Assembly: GCA_964016885.1 (NCBI GenBank)
Contig: OZ024741.1
Location: forward strand, 247,132,001-247,196,000
DNA from: Eledone cirrhosa
Lineage: Eukaryota
Reading direction: 5' to 3'
Length of the DNA: 64,000 nucleotides
A model generated the notes under the pieces. That model saw nothing but the letters and a program-made list of their open reading frames with translations, was not told the DNA's origin and searched no databases. This document shows, one piece after another, positions 40,800-54,600 of this stretch. Positions within the stretch are counted from its first letter, which is position 1; each line of letters begins with the position of its first letter. The translations under genes were made by a program, and so were the position numbers.

Positions 40800-43700
40800 A
40801 TCTCCCCCTGATTTTTTTTTACAAATTATCTCCCCCTGATTTTTTTTTACAAATTATCTCCCCCTGATTTTTGTTTACAAATTATCTCCGCCTGATTTTT
40901 TTAAAAAAATTATCTCCCCTTGGACGGCTGGAAATTATATCCCCTTGGACGGCTAGAAATTACCTCTCCTTGGACGGCTGAAAATTATCTCCCCTTGGAC
41001 GGCTGGAAATTATCTCCCCTTGATTTTTTTACAAATTATCTCCCCCTGATTTTTTTTTTACAAATTATCTCCCCCTGATTTTTTTTTACAAATTATCTAC
41101 CCCTGATTTTTTTTACAAATTATCTCCCCCTGATTTTTTTTACAAATTATCTCCCCCTGATTTTTTTTTACAAATTATCTCCCCCTGATTTTTTTACAAA
41201 TTATCTCCCCCTGATTTTTTTTACAAATTATCTCCGCCTGATTTTTTTAGATATTATCTCTCCTTGGCTGGCGGGAAATTATCTCCCCTTGGACGGCTGG
41301 AAATTATCTCCCCTTGGAAGGATGGAAATTATCTCCCCTTGGACGGCTGGAAATTATCTACCCCTGATTTTTTTTACAAATTATCTCCCCCTGATTTTTT
41401 TACAAATTATCTCCCCCTGATTTTTTTTACAAATTATCTCCGCCTGATTTTTTTAAATGTTATCTCTCCTTGGCTGGCGGGAAATTATCTCCCCTTGGAC
41501 GGCTGGAAATTATCTCCCCTTGGAAGGATGGAAATTATCTCCCCTTGGACGGCTGAAAATTATCTACCCCTGATTTTTTTTACAAATTATCTCCCCCTGA
41601 TTTTTTTTACAAATTATCTCCCCCTGATTTTTTTTACAAATTATCTACCCCTGATTTTTTCTACAAATTATCTCCCCCTGATTTTTTTTACAAATTATCT
41701 CCCCCTGATTTTTTTTTTACAAATTATCTCCCCCTGATTTTTTTACAAATTATCTCCCCCTGATTTTTTTTTACAAATTATCTCCCCCTGATTTTTTTAC
41801 AAATTATCTCCCCTTGGCTGGCTGGAAATTATCTCCCCTTGGAGGCTGGAACTTATCTCCCCTTGGACGGCTAGAAATTACCTCTCCTTGGACGGCTGGA
41901 AAATATGTCTCCTTGGACGGCTGGATATTATCTCCCCTTGGACGGCTGGAAATTATCTCCCCTTGGACGGCTGGAAATTATCTCCGCTTGGATGGCTAGA
42001 TATTACCTCCCCTTGGACGGCTGGAAATTATCTCCCCTTGATTTTTTTTACAAATTATCTCCCCCTGATTTTTTTTTACAAATTATCTCCCCCTGATTTT
42101 TTTTTACAAATTATCTCCCCCTGATTTTTGTTTACAAATTATCTCCGCCTGATTTTTTTAAAAAAATTATCTCCCCTTGGACGGCTGGAAATTATCTCCC
42201 CTTGGACGGCTAGAAATTACCTCCTTGGACGGCTGAAAATTATCTCCCCTTGGACGGCTGGAAATTATCTCCCCTTGATTTTTTTACAAATTATCTCCCC
42301 CTGATTTTTTTTTTACAAATTATCTCCCCCTGATTTCTTTTACAAATTATCTACCCCTGATTTTTTTTTACAAATTATCTCCCCCTGATTTTTTTTACAA
42401 ATTATCTCCCCTGATTTTTTTTTACAAATTATCTCCCCCTGATTTTTTTACAAATTATCTCCCCCTGATTTTTTTACAAATTATCTCCGCCTGATTTTTT
42501 TAAATATTATCTCTCCTTGGCTGGCGGGAAATTATCTCCCCTTGGACGGCTGGAAATTATCTCCCCTTGGAAGGATGGAAATTATCTCCCCTTGGACGGC
42601 TGGAAATTATCTACCCCTGATTTTTTTTACAAATTATCTCCCCCTGATTTTTTTACAAATTATCTCCCCCTGATTTTTTTTACAAATTATCTCCGCCTGA
42701 TTTTTTTAAATGTTATCTCTCCTTGGCTGGCGGGAAATTATCTCCCCTTGGACGGCTGGAAATTATCTCCCCTTGGAAGGATGGAAATTATCTCCCCTTG
42801 GACGGCTGGAAATTATCTACCCCTGATTTTTTTTACAAATTATCTCCCCCTGATTTTTTTTACAAATTATCTCCCCCTGATTTTTTTTTACAAATTATCT
42901 ACCCCTGATTTTTTTACAAATTATCTCCCCTTGGCTGGCTGGAAATTATCTCCCCTTGGACGGCTAGAAATTACCTCTCCTTGGACGGCTGAAAATTATC
43001 TCCCCTTGGACGGCTGGAAATTATCTCCCCTTGATTTTTTTACAAATTATCTCCCCCTGATTTTTTTTTTACAAATTATCTCCCCCTGATTTTTTTTACA
43101 AATTATCTACCCCTGATTTTTTTTTACAAATTATCTCCCCTTGATTTTTTTTACAAATTATCTCCCCCTGATTTTTTTTACAAATTATCTCCCCCTGATT
43201 TTTTTTTACAAATTATCTCCCCCTGATTTTTGTTTACAAATTATCTCCGCCTGATTTTTTTAAAAAAATTATCTCCCCTTGGACGGCTGGAAATTATCTC
43301 CCCTTGGACGGCTAGAAATTACCTCTCCTTGGACGGCTGAAAATTATCTCCCCTTGGACGGCTGGAAATTATCTCCCCTTGATTTTTTACAAATTATCTC
43401 CGCCTGATTTTTTTTTTACAAATTATCTCCCCCTGATTTTTTTTTACAAATTATCTCCCCCTGATTTTTTTTTACAAATTATCTCCCCCTGATTTTTTTT
43501 TACAAATTATCTCCCCCTAATTTTTTTTTACAAATTATCTCCCCCTAATTTTTTTTACAAATTATCTCCCCTTGGCTGGCTGGAAATTATCTCCCCTTGG
43601 AGGCTGGAACTTATCTCCCCTTGGACGGCTAGAAATTACGTCTCCTTGGACGGCTGGAAAATATGTCTCCTTGGACGGCTGGATATTATCTCCCCTTGGA

Positions 43701-46700
43701 CGGCTGGAAATTATCTCCCCTTGGACGGCTGGAAATTATCTCCCCTTGGATGGCTAGATATTACCTCCCCTTGGACGGCTGGAAATTATCTCCCCTTGAT
43801 TTTTTTTACAAATTATCTCCCCCTGATTTTTTTTTACAAATTATCTCCCCCTGATTTTTTTTTACAAATTATCTCCCCCTGATTTTTGTTTACAAATTAT
43901 CTCCGCCTGATTTTTTTAAAAAAATTATCTCCCCTTGGACGGCTGGAAATTATCTCCCCTTGGACGGCTAGAAATTACCTCTCCTTGGACGGCTGAAAAT
44001 TATCTCCCCTTGGACGGCTGGAAATTATCTCCCCTTGATTTTTTTACAAATTATCTCCCCCTGATTTTTTTTTACAAATTATCTCCCCCTGATTTTTTTT
44101 TACAAATTATCTACCCCTGATTTTTTTTTACAAATTATCTCCCCCTGATTTTTTTTACAAATTATCTCCCCCTGATTTTTTTTTACAAATTATCTCCCCC
44201 TGATTTTTTTACAAATTATCTCCCCCTGATTTTTTTTACAAATTATCTCCGCCTGATTTTTTTAAATATTATCTCTCCTTGGCTGGCGGGAAATTATCTC
44301 CCCTTGGACGGCTGGAAATTATCTCCCCTTGGAAGGATGGAAATTATCTCCCCTTGGACGGCTGGAAATTATCTACCCCTGATTTTTTTTATAAATTATC
44401 TCCCCCTGATTTTTTTACAAATTATCTCCCCCTGATTTTTTTTTACAAATTATCTCCCCCTGATTTTTGTTTACAAATTATCTCCGCCTGATTTTTTTAA
44501 AAAAATTATCTCCCCTTGGACGGCTGGAAATTATCTCCCCTTGGACGGCTAGAAATTACCTCTCCTTGGACGGCTGAAAATTATCTCCCCTTGGACGGCA
44601 GGAAATTATCTCCCCTTGATTTTTTTACAAATTATCTCCCCCTGATTTTTTTTTTACAAATTATCTCCCCCTGATTTTTTTTTACAAATTATCTACCCCT
44701 GATTTTTTTTACAAATTATCTCCCCCTGATTTTTTTTACAAATTATCTCCCCCTGATTTTTTTTTACAAATTATCTCCCCCTGATTTTTTTACAAATTAT
44801 CTCCCCCTGATTTTTTTTACAAATTATCTCCGCCTGATTTTTTTAGATATTATCTCTCCTTGGCTGGCGGGAAATTATCTCCCCTTGGACGGCTGGAAAT
44901 TATCTCCCCTTGGAAGGATGGAAATTATCTCCCCTTGGACGGCTGGAAATTATCTACCCCTGATTTTTTTTACAAATTATCTCCCCCTGATTTTTTTACA
45001 AATTATCTCCCCCTGATTTTTTTTACAAATTATCTCCGCCTGATTTTTTTAAATGTTATCTCTCCTTGGCTGGCGGGAAATTATCTCCCCTTGGACGGCT
45101 GGAAATTATCTCCCCTTGGAAGGATGGAAATTATCTCCCCTTGGACGGCTGAAAATTATCTACCCCTGATTTTTTTTACAAATTATCTCCCCCTGATTTT
45201 TTTTACAAATTATCTCCCCCTGATTTTTTTTACAAATTATCTACCCCTGATTTTTTCTACAAATTATCTCCCCCTGATTTTTTTTACAAATTATCTCCCC
45301 CTGATTTTTTTTTTACAAATTATCTCCCCCTGATTTTTTACAAATTATCTCCCCCTGATTTTTTTTTACAAATTATCTCCCCCTGATTTTTTTACAAATT
45401 ATCTCCCCTTGGCTGGCTGGAAATTATCTCCCCTTGGAGGCTGGAACTTATCTCCCCTTGGACGGCTAGAAATTACCTCTCCTTGGACGGCTGGAAAATA
45501 TGTCTCCTTGGACGGCTGGATATTATCTCCCCTTGGACGGCTGGAAATTATCTCCCCTTGGACGGCTGGAAATTATCTCCGCTTGGATGGCTAGATATTA
45601 CCTCCCCTTGGACGGCTGGAAATTATCTAACCTTGATTTTTTTTACAAATTATCTCCCCCTGATTTTTTTTTACAAATTATCTCCCCCTGATTTTTTTTT
45701 ACAAATTATCTCCCCCTGATTTTTGTTTACAAATTATCTCCGCCTGATTTTTTTAAAAAAATTATCTCCCCTTGGACGGCTGGAAATTATCTCCCCTTGG
45801 ACGGCTAGAAATTACCTCCTTGGACGGCTGAAAATTATCTCCCCTTGGACGGCTGGAAATTATCTCCCCTTGATTTTTTTACAAATTATCTCCCCCTGAT
45901 TTTTTTTTTACAAATTATCTCCCCCTGATTTTTTTTACAAATTATCTACCCCTGATTTTTTTTTACAAATTATCTCCCCCTGATTTTTTTTACAAATTAT
46001 CTCCCCTGATTTTTTTTTACAAATTATCTCCCCCTGATTTTTTTACAAATTATCTCCCCCTGATTTTTTTACAAATTATCTCCGCCTGATTTTTTTAAAT
46101 ATTATCTCTCCTTGGCTGGCGGGAAATTATCTCCCCTTGGACGGCTGGAAATTATCTCCCCTTGGAAGGATGGAAATTATCTCCCCTTGGACGGCTGGAA
46201 ATTATCTACCCCTGATTTTTTTTACAAATTATCTCCCCCTGATTTTTTTACAAATTATCTCCCCCTGATTTTTTTTACAAATTATCTCCGCCTGATTTTT
46301 TTAAATGTTATCTCTCCTTGGCTGGCGGGAAATTATCTCCCCTTGGACGGCTGGAAATTATCTCCCCTTGGAAGGATGGAAATTATCTCCCCTTGGACGG
46401 CTGGAAATTATCTACCCCTGATTTTTTTTACAAATTATCTCCCCCTGATTTTTTTTACAAATTATCTCCCCCTGATTTTTTTTTACAAATTATCTACCCC
46501 TGATTTTTTTACAAATTATCTCCCCTTGGCTGGCTGGAAATTATCTCCCCTTGGACGGCTAGAAATTACCTCTCCTTGGACGGCTGAAAATTATCTCCCC
46601 TTGGACGGCTGGAAATTATCTCCCCTTGATTTTTTTACAAATTATCTCCCCCTGATTTTTTTTTACAAATTATCTCCCCCTGATTTTTTTTACAAATTAT

Positions 46701-49700
46701 CTAACCCTGATTTTTTTTTACAAATTATCTCCCCTTGATTTTTTTTACAAATTATCTCCCCCTGATTTTTTTTACAAATTATCTCCCCCTGATTTTTTTT
46801 TACAAATTAGCTCCCCCTGATTTTTGTTTACAAATTATCTCCGCCTGATTTTTTAAAAAAAATTATCTCCCCTTGGACGGCTGGAAATTATCTCCCCTTG
46901 GACGGCTAGAAATTACCTCTCCTTGGACGGCTGAAAATTATCTCCCCTTGGACGGCTGGAAATTATCTCCCCTTGATTTTTTTACAAATTATCTCCGCCT
47001 GATTTTTTTTTTACAAATTATCTCCCCCTGATTTTTTTTTACAAATTATCTCCCCCTGATTTTTTTTTACAAATTATCTCCCCCTGATTTTTTTTTACAA
47101 ATTATCTCCCCCTAATTTTTTTTTACAAATTATCTCCCCCTAATTTTTTTACAAATTATCTCCCCTTGGCTGGCTGGAAATTATCTCCCCTTGGAGGCTG
47201 GAACTTATCTCCCCTTGGACGGCTAGAAATTACGTCTCCTTGGACGGCTGGAAAATATGTCTCCTTGGACGGCTGGATATTATCTCCCCTTGGATGGCTG
47301 GAAATTATCTCCCCTTGGACGGCTGGAAATTATCTCCCCTTGGATGGCTAGATATTACCTCCCCTTGGACGGCTGGAAATTATCTCCCCTTGATTTTTTT
47401 TACAAATTATCTCCCCCTGATTTTTTTTTACAAATTATCTCCCCCTGATTTTTTTTTACAAATTATCTCCCCCTGATTTTTGTTTACAAATTATCTCCGC
47501 CTGATTTTTTTAAAAAAATGATCTCCCCTTGGACGGCTGGAAATTATCTCCCCTTGGACGGCTAGAAATTACCTCTCCTTGGACGGCTGAAAATTATCTC
47601 CCCTTGGACGGCTGGAAATTATCTCCCCTTGATTTTTTTACAAATTATCTCCCCCTGATTTTTTTTCACAAATTATCTCCCCCTGATTTTTTTTTACAAA
47701 TTATCTACCCCTGATTTTTTTTTACAAATTATCTCCCCCTGATTTTTTTTACAAATTATCTCCCCCTGATTTTTTTTTACAAATTATCTCCCCCTGATTT
47801 TTTTACAAATTATCTCCCCCTGATTTTTTTTACAAATTATCTCCGCCTGATTTTTTTAAATATTATCTCTCCTTGGCTGGCGGGAAATTATCTCCCCTTG
47901 GACGGCTGGAAATTATCTCCCCTTGGAAGGATGGAAATTATCTCCCCTTGGACGGCTGGAAATTATCTACCCCTGATTTTTTTTATAAATTATCTCCCCC
48001 TGATTTTTTTACAAATTATCTCCCCCTGATTTTTTTTTACAAATTATCTCCCCCTGATTTTTGTTTACAAATTATCTCCGCCTGATTTTTTTAAAAAAAT
48101 TATCTCCCCTTGGACGGCTGGAAATTATCTCCCCTTGGACGGCTAGAAATTACCTCTCCTTGGACGGCTGAAAATTCTCTCCCCTTGGACGGCAGGAAAT
48201 TATCTCCCCTTGATTTTTTTACAAATTATCTCCCCCTGATTTTTTTTTTACAAATTATCTCCCCCTGATTTTTTTTTACAAATTATCTACCCCTGATTTT
48301 TTTTACAAATTATCTCCCCCTGATTTTTTTTACAAATTATCTCCCCCTGATTTTTTTTTACAAATTATCTCCCCCTGATTTTTTTACAAATTATCTCCCC
48401 CTGATTTTTTTTACAAATTATCTCCGCCTGATTTTTTTAGATATTATCTCTCCTTGGCTGGCGGGAAATTATCTCCCCTTGGACGGCTGGAAATTATCTC
48501 CCCTTGGAAGGATGGAAATTATCTCCCCTTGGACGGCTGGAAATTATCTACCCCTGATTTTTTTTACAAATTATCTCCCCCTGATTTTTTTACAAATTAT
48601 CTCCCCCTGATTTTTTTACAAATTATCTCCGCCTGATTTTTTTAAATGTTATCTCTCCTTGGCTGGCGGGAAATTATCTCCCCTTGGACGGCTGGAAATT
48701 ATCTCCCCTTGGAAGGATGGAAATTATCTCCCCTTGGACGGCTGAAAATTATCTACCCCTGATTTTTTTTACAAATTATCTCCCCCTGATTTTTTTTACA
48801 AATTATCTCCCCGTGATTTTTTTTACAAATTATCTACCCCTGATTTTTTCTACAAATTATCTCCCCCTGATTTTTTTTACAAATTATCTCCCCCTGATTT
48901 TTTTTTTACAAATTATCTCCCCCTGATTTTTTTACAAATTATCTCCCCTTGATTTTTTTTTACAAATTATCTCCCCCTGATTTTTTTACAAATTATCTCC
49001 CCTTGGCTGGCTGGAAATTATCTCCCCTTGGAGGCTGGAACTTATCTCCCCTTGGACGGCTAGAAATTACCTCTCCTTGGACGGCTGGAAAATATGTCTC
49101 CTTGGACGGCTGGATATTATCTCCCCTTGGACGGCTGGAAATTATCTCCCCTTGGACGGCTGGAAATTATCTCCGCTTGGATGGCTAGATATTACCTCCC
49201 CTTGGACGGCTGGAAATTATCTCCCCTTGATTTTTTTTACAAATTATCTCCCCCTGATTTTTTTTTACAAATTATCTCCCCCTGATTTTTTTTTACAAAT
49301 TATCTCCCCCTGATTTTTGTTTACAAATTATCTCCGCCGGATTTTTTTAAAAAAATTATCTCCCCTTGGACGGCTGGAAATTATCTCCCCTTGGACGGCT
49401 AGAAATTACCTCCTTGGACGGCTGAAAATTATCTCCCCTTGGACGGCTGGAAATTATCTCCCCTTGATTTTTTTACAAATTATCTCCCCCTGATTTTTTT
49501 TTTACAAATTATCTCCCCCTGATTTTTTTTACAAATTATCTACCCCTGATTTTTTTTACAAATTATCTCCCCCTGATTTTTTTTACAAATTATCTCCCCT
49601 GATTTTTTTTTACAAATTATCTCCCCCTGATTTTTTTACAAATTATCTCCCCCTGATTTTTTTTACAAATTATCTCCGCCTGATTTTTTTAAATATTATC

Positions 49701-51620
49701 TCTCCTTGGCTGGCGGGAAATTATCTCCCCTTGGACGGCTGGAAATTATCTCCCCTTGGAAGGATGGAAATTATCTCCCCTTGGACGGCTGGAAATTATC
49801 TACCCCTGATTTTTTTTACAAATTATCTCCCCCTGATTTTTTTACAAATTATCTCCCCCTGATTTTTTTTACAAATTATCTCCGCCTGATTTTTTTAAAT
49901 GTTATCTCTCCTTGGCTGGCGGGAAATTATCTCCCCTTGGACGGCTGGAAATTATCTCCCCTTGGAAGGATGGAAATTATCTCCCCTTGGACGGCTGGAA
50001 ATTATCTACCCCTGATTTTTTTTACAAATTATCTCCCCCTGATTTTTTTTACAAATTATCTCCCCCTGATTTTTTTTTACAAATTATCTACCCCTGATTT
50101 TTTTACAAATTATCTCCCCTTGGCTGGCTGGAAATTATCTCCCCTTGGACGGCTAGAAATTACCTCTCCTTGGACGGCTGAAAATTATCTCCCCTTGGAC
50201 GGCTGGAAATTATCTCCACTTGATTTTTTTACAAATTATCTCCCCCTGATTTTTTTTTTACAAATTATCTCCCCCTGATTTTTTTTACAAATTATCTACC
50301 CCTGATTTTTTTTTACAAATTATCTCCCCTTGATTTTTTTTACAAATTATCTCCCCCTGATTTTTTTTACAAATTATCTCCCCCTGATTTTTTTTTACAA
50401 ATTATCTCCCCCTGATTTTTGTTTACAAATTATCTCCGCCTGATTTTTTTAAAAAAATTATCTCCCCTTGGACGGCTGGAAATTATCTCCCCTTGGACGG
50501 CTAGAAATTACCTCTCCTTGGACGGCTGAAAATTATCTCCCCTTGGACGGCTGGAAATTATCTCCCCTTGATTTTTTTACAAATTATCTCCGCCTGATTT
50601 TTTTTTTACAAATTATCTCCCCCTGATTTTTTTTTACAAATTATCTCCCCCTGATTTTTTTTTACAAATTATCTCCCCCTGATTTTTTTTTACAAATTAT
50701 CTCCCCCTAATTTTTTTTTACAAATTATCTCCCCCTAATTTTTTTACAAATTATCTCCCCTTGGCTGGCTGGAAATTATCTCCCCTTGGAGGCTGGAACT
50801 TATCTCCCCTTGGACGGCTAGAAATTACGTCTCCTTGGACGGCTGGAAAATATGTCTCCTTGGACGGCTGGATATTATCTCCCCTTGGACGGCTGGAAAT
50901 TATCTCCCCTTGGACGGCTGGAAATTATCTCCCCTTGGATGGCTAGATATTACCTCCCCTTGGACGGCTGGAAATTATCTCCCCTTGATTTTTTTTACAA
51001 ATTATCTCCCCCTGATTTTTTTTTACAAATTATCTCCCCCTGATTTTTTTTTACAAATTATCTCCCCCTGATTTTTGTTTACAAATTATCTCCGCCTGAT
51101 TTTTTTAAAAAAATTATCTCCCCTTGGACGGCTGGAAATTATCTCCCCTTGGACGGCTAGAAATTACCTCTCCTTGGACGGCTGAAAATTATCTCCCCTT
51201 GGACGGCTGGAAATTATCTCCCCTTGATTTTTTTACAAATTATCTCCCCCTGATTTTTTTTTACAAATTATCTCCCCCTGATTTTTTTTTACAAATTATC
51301 TACCCCTGATTTTTTTTTACAAATTATCTCCCCCTGATTTTTTTTACAAATTATCTCCCCCTGATTTTTTTTTACAAATTATCTTCCCCTGATTTTTTTA
51401 CAAATTATCTCCCCCTGATTTTTTTTACAAATTATCTCCGCCTGATTTTTTTAAATATTATCTCTCCTTGGCTGGCGGGAAATTATCTCCCCTTGGACGG
51501 CTGGAAATTATCTCCCCTTGGAAGGATGGAAATTATCTCCCCTTGGACGGCTGGAAATTATCTACCCCTGATTTTTTTTATAAATTATCTCCCCCTGATT
51601 TTTTTACAAATTATCTCCCC
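40800..51620 (+). repeat. Tandem triplication, unit about 3.6 kb (3594-3596 bp)
   Basis: Matching positions: 41264/44860/48454, 42517/46112/49706, 43572/47166/50761 and 44279/47873/51468. Shared variants include TTTAGATATT, TTTTCTACA and CTCCGCTTGGATGG. Confidence 0.9.
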
Positions 51621-54600
51621 CTGATTTTTTTTACAAATTATCTCCGCCTGATTTTTTTAAATGTTATCTCTCCTTGGCTGGCGGGAAATTATCTCCCCTT
51701 GGACGGCTGGAAATTATCTCCCCTTGGAAGGATGGAAATTATCTCCCCTTGGAGGGCTGAAAATTATCTACCCCTGATTTTTTTTACAAATTATCTCCCC
51801 CTGATTTTTTTTACAAATTATCTCCCCCTGATTTTTTTTTACAAATTATCTACCCCTGATTTTTTTTACAAATTATCTCCCCCTGATTTTTTTACAAATT
51901 ATCTCCCCCTGATTTTTTTTTACAAATTATCTCCCCCTGATTTTTTTACAAATTATCTCCCCCTGATTTTTTTTACAAATTATCTCCGCCTGATTTTTTT
52001 AAATATTATCTCTCCTTGGCTGGCGGGAAATTATCTCCCCTTGGACGGCTGGAAATTATCTCCCTTTGGAAGGATGGAAATTATCTCCCCTTGGACGGCT
52101 GGAAATTATCTACCCCTGATTTTTTTTACAAATTATCTCCCCCTGATTTTTTTACAAATTATCTCCCCCTGATTTTTTTTACAAATTATCTCCGCCTGAT
52201 TTTTTTAAATGTTATCTCTCCTTGGCTGGCGGGAAATTATCTCCCCTTGGACGGCTGGAAATTATCTCCCCTTGGAAGGATGGAAATTATCTCCCCTTGG
52301 ACGGCTGAAAATTATCTACCCCTGATTTTTTTTACAAATTATCTCCCCCTGATTTTTTTTACAAATTATCTACCCCTGATTTTTTCTACAAATTATCTCC
52401 CCCTGATTTTTTTTACAAATTATCTCCCCCTGATTTTTTTTTTACAAATTATCTCCCCCTGATTTTTTTACAAATTATCTCCCCCTGATTTTTTTTTTAC
52501 AAATTATCTCCCCCTGATTTTTTTACAAATTATCTCCCCTTGGCTGGCTGGAAATTATCTCCCCTTGGAGGCTGGAACTTATCTCCCCTTAGACGGCTAG
52601 AAATTACCTCTCCTTGGACGGCTGGAAAATATGTCTCCTTGGACGGCTGGATATTATCTCCCCTTGGACGGCTGGAAATTATCTCCCCTTGGACGGCTGG
52701 AAATTATCTCCCCTTGGATGGCTAGATATTACCTCCCCTTGGACGGCTGGAAATTATCTCCCCTTGATTTTTTTTACAAATTATCTCCCTCTGATTTTTT
52801 TTTACAAATTATCTCCCCCTGATTTTTTTTTACAAATTATCTACCCCTGATTTTTGTTTACAAATTATCTCCGCCTGATTTTTTTAAAAAAATTATCTCC
52901 CCTTGGACGGCTGGAAATTATCTCCCCTTGGACGGCTAGAAATTACCTCCTTGGACGGCTGAAAATTATCTCCCCTTGGACGGCTGGAAATTATCTTCCC
53001 TTGATTTTTTTACAAATTATCTCCCCCTGATTTTTTTTTACAAATTATCTCCCCCTGATTTTTTTTTACAAATTATCTACCCCTGATTTTTTTTTACAAA
53101 TTATCTCCTCCTGATTTTTTTTACAAATTATCTCCCCTGATTTTTTTTTACAAATTATCTCCCCCTGATTTTTTTACAAATTATCTCCCCCTGATTTTTT
53201 TTACAAATTATCTCCGCCTGATTTTTTTAAATATTATCTCTCCTTGGCTGGCGGGAAATTATCTCCCCTTGGACGGCTGGAAATTATCTCCCCTTGGAAG
53301 GATGGAAATTATCTCCCCTTGGACGGCTGGAAATTATCTACCCCTGATTTTTTTTACAAATTATCTCCCCCTGATTTTTTTACAAATTATCTCCCCCTGA
53401 TTTTTTTTACAAATTATCTCCGCCTGATTTTTTTAAATGTTATCTCTCCTTGGCTGGCGGGAAATTATCTCCCCTTGGACGGCTGGAAATTATCTCCCCT
53501 TGGAAGGATGGAAATTATCTCCCCTTGGACGGCTGGAAATTATCTCCCCTTGATTTTTTTACAAATTATCTCCCCCTGATTTTTTTTTACAAATTATCTC
53601 CCCCTGATTTTTTTTTACAAATTATCTACCCCTGATTTTTTTTTACAAATTATCTCCCCCTGATTTTTTTTACAAATTATCTCCCCCTGATTTTTTTTTA
53701 CAAATTATCTCCCCCTGATTTTTTTACAAATTATCTCCCCCTGATTTTTTTTACAAATTATCTCCGCCTGATTTTTTTAAATATTATCTCTCCTTGGCTG
53801 GCGGGAAATTATCTCCCCTTGGACGGCTGGAAATTATCTCCCCTTGGAAGGATGGAAATTATCTCCCCTTGGACGGCTGGAAATTATCTACCCCTGATTT
53901 TTTTTATAAATTACCTCCCCCTGATTTTTTTACAAATTATCTCCCCCTGATTTTTTTTTACAAATTATCTCCCCCTGATTTTTGTTTACAAATTATCTCC
54001 GCCTGATTTTTTTAAAAAAATTATCTCCCCTTGGACGGCTGGAAATTATCTCCCCTTGGACGGCTAGAAATTACCTCTCCTTGGACGGCTGAAAATTCTC
54101 TCCCCTTGGACGGCAGGAAATTATCTCCCCTTGATTTTTTTACAAATTATCTCCCCCTGATTTTTTTTTTACAAATTATCTCCCCCTGATTTTTTTTTAC
54201 AAATTATCTACCCCTGATTTTTTTTACAAATTATCTCCCCCTGATTTTTTTTACAAATTATCTCCCCCTGATTTTTTTTTACAAATTATCTCCCCCTGAT
54301 TTTTTTACAAATTATCTCCCCCTGATTTTTTTTACAAATTATCTCCGCCTGATTTTTTTAGATATTATCTCTCCTTGGCTGGCGGGAAATTATCTCCCCT
54401 TGGACGGCTGGAAATTATCTCCCCTTGGAAGGATGGAAATTATCTCCCCTTGGACGGCTGGAAATTATCTACCCCTGATTTTTTTTACAAATTATCTCCC
54501 CCTGATTTTTTTACAAATTATCTCCCCCTGATTTTTTTTACAAATTATCTCCGCCTGATTTTTTTAAATGTTATCTCTCCTTGGCTGGCGGGAAATTATC

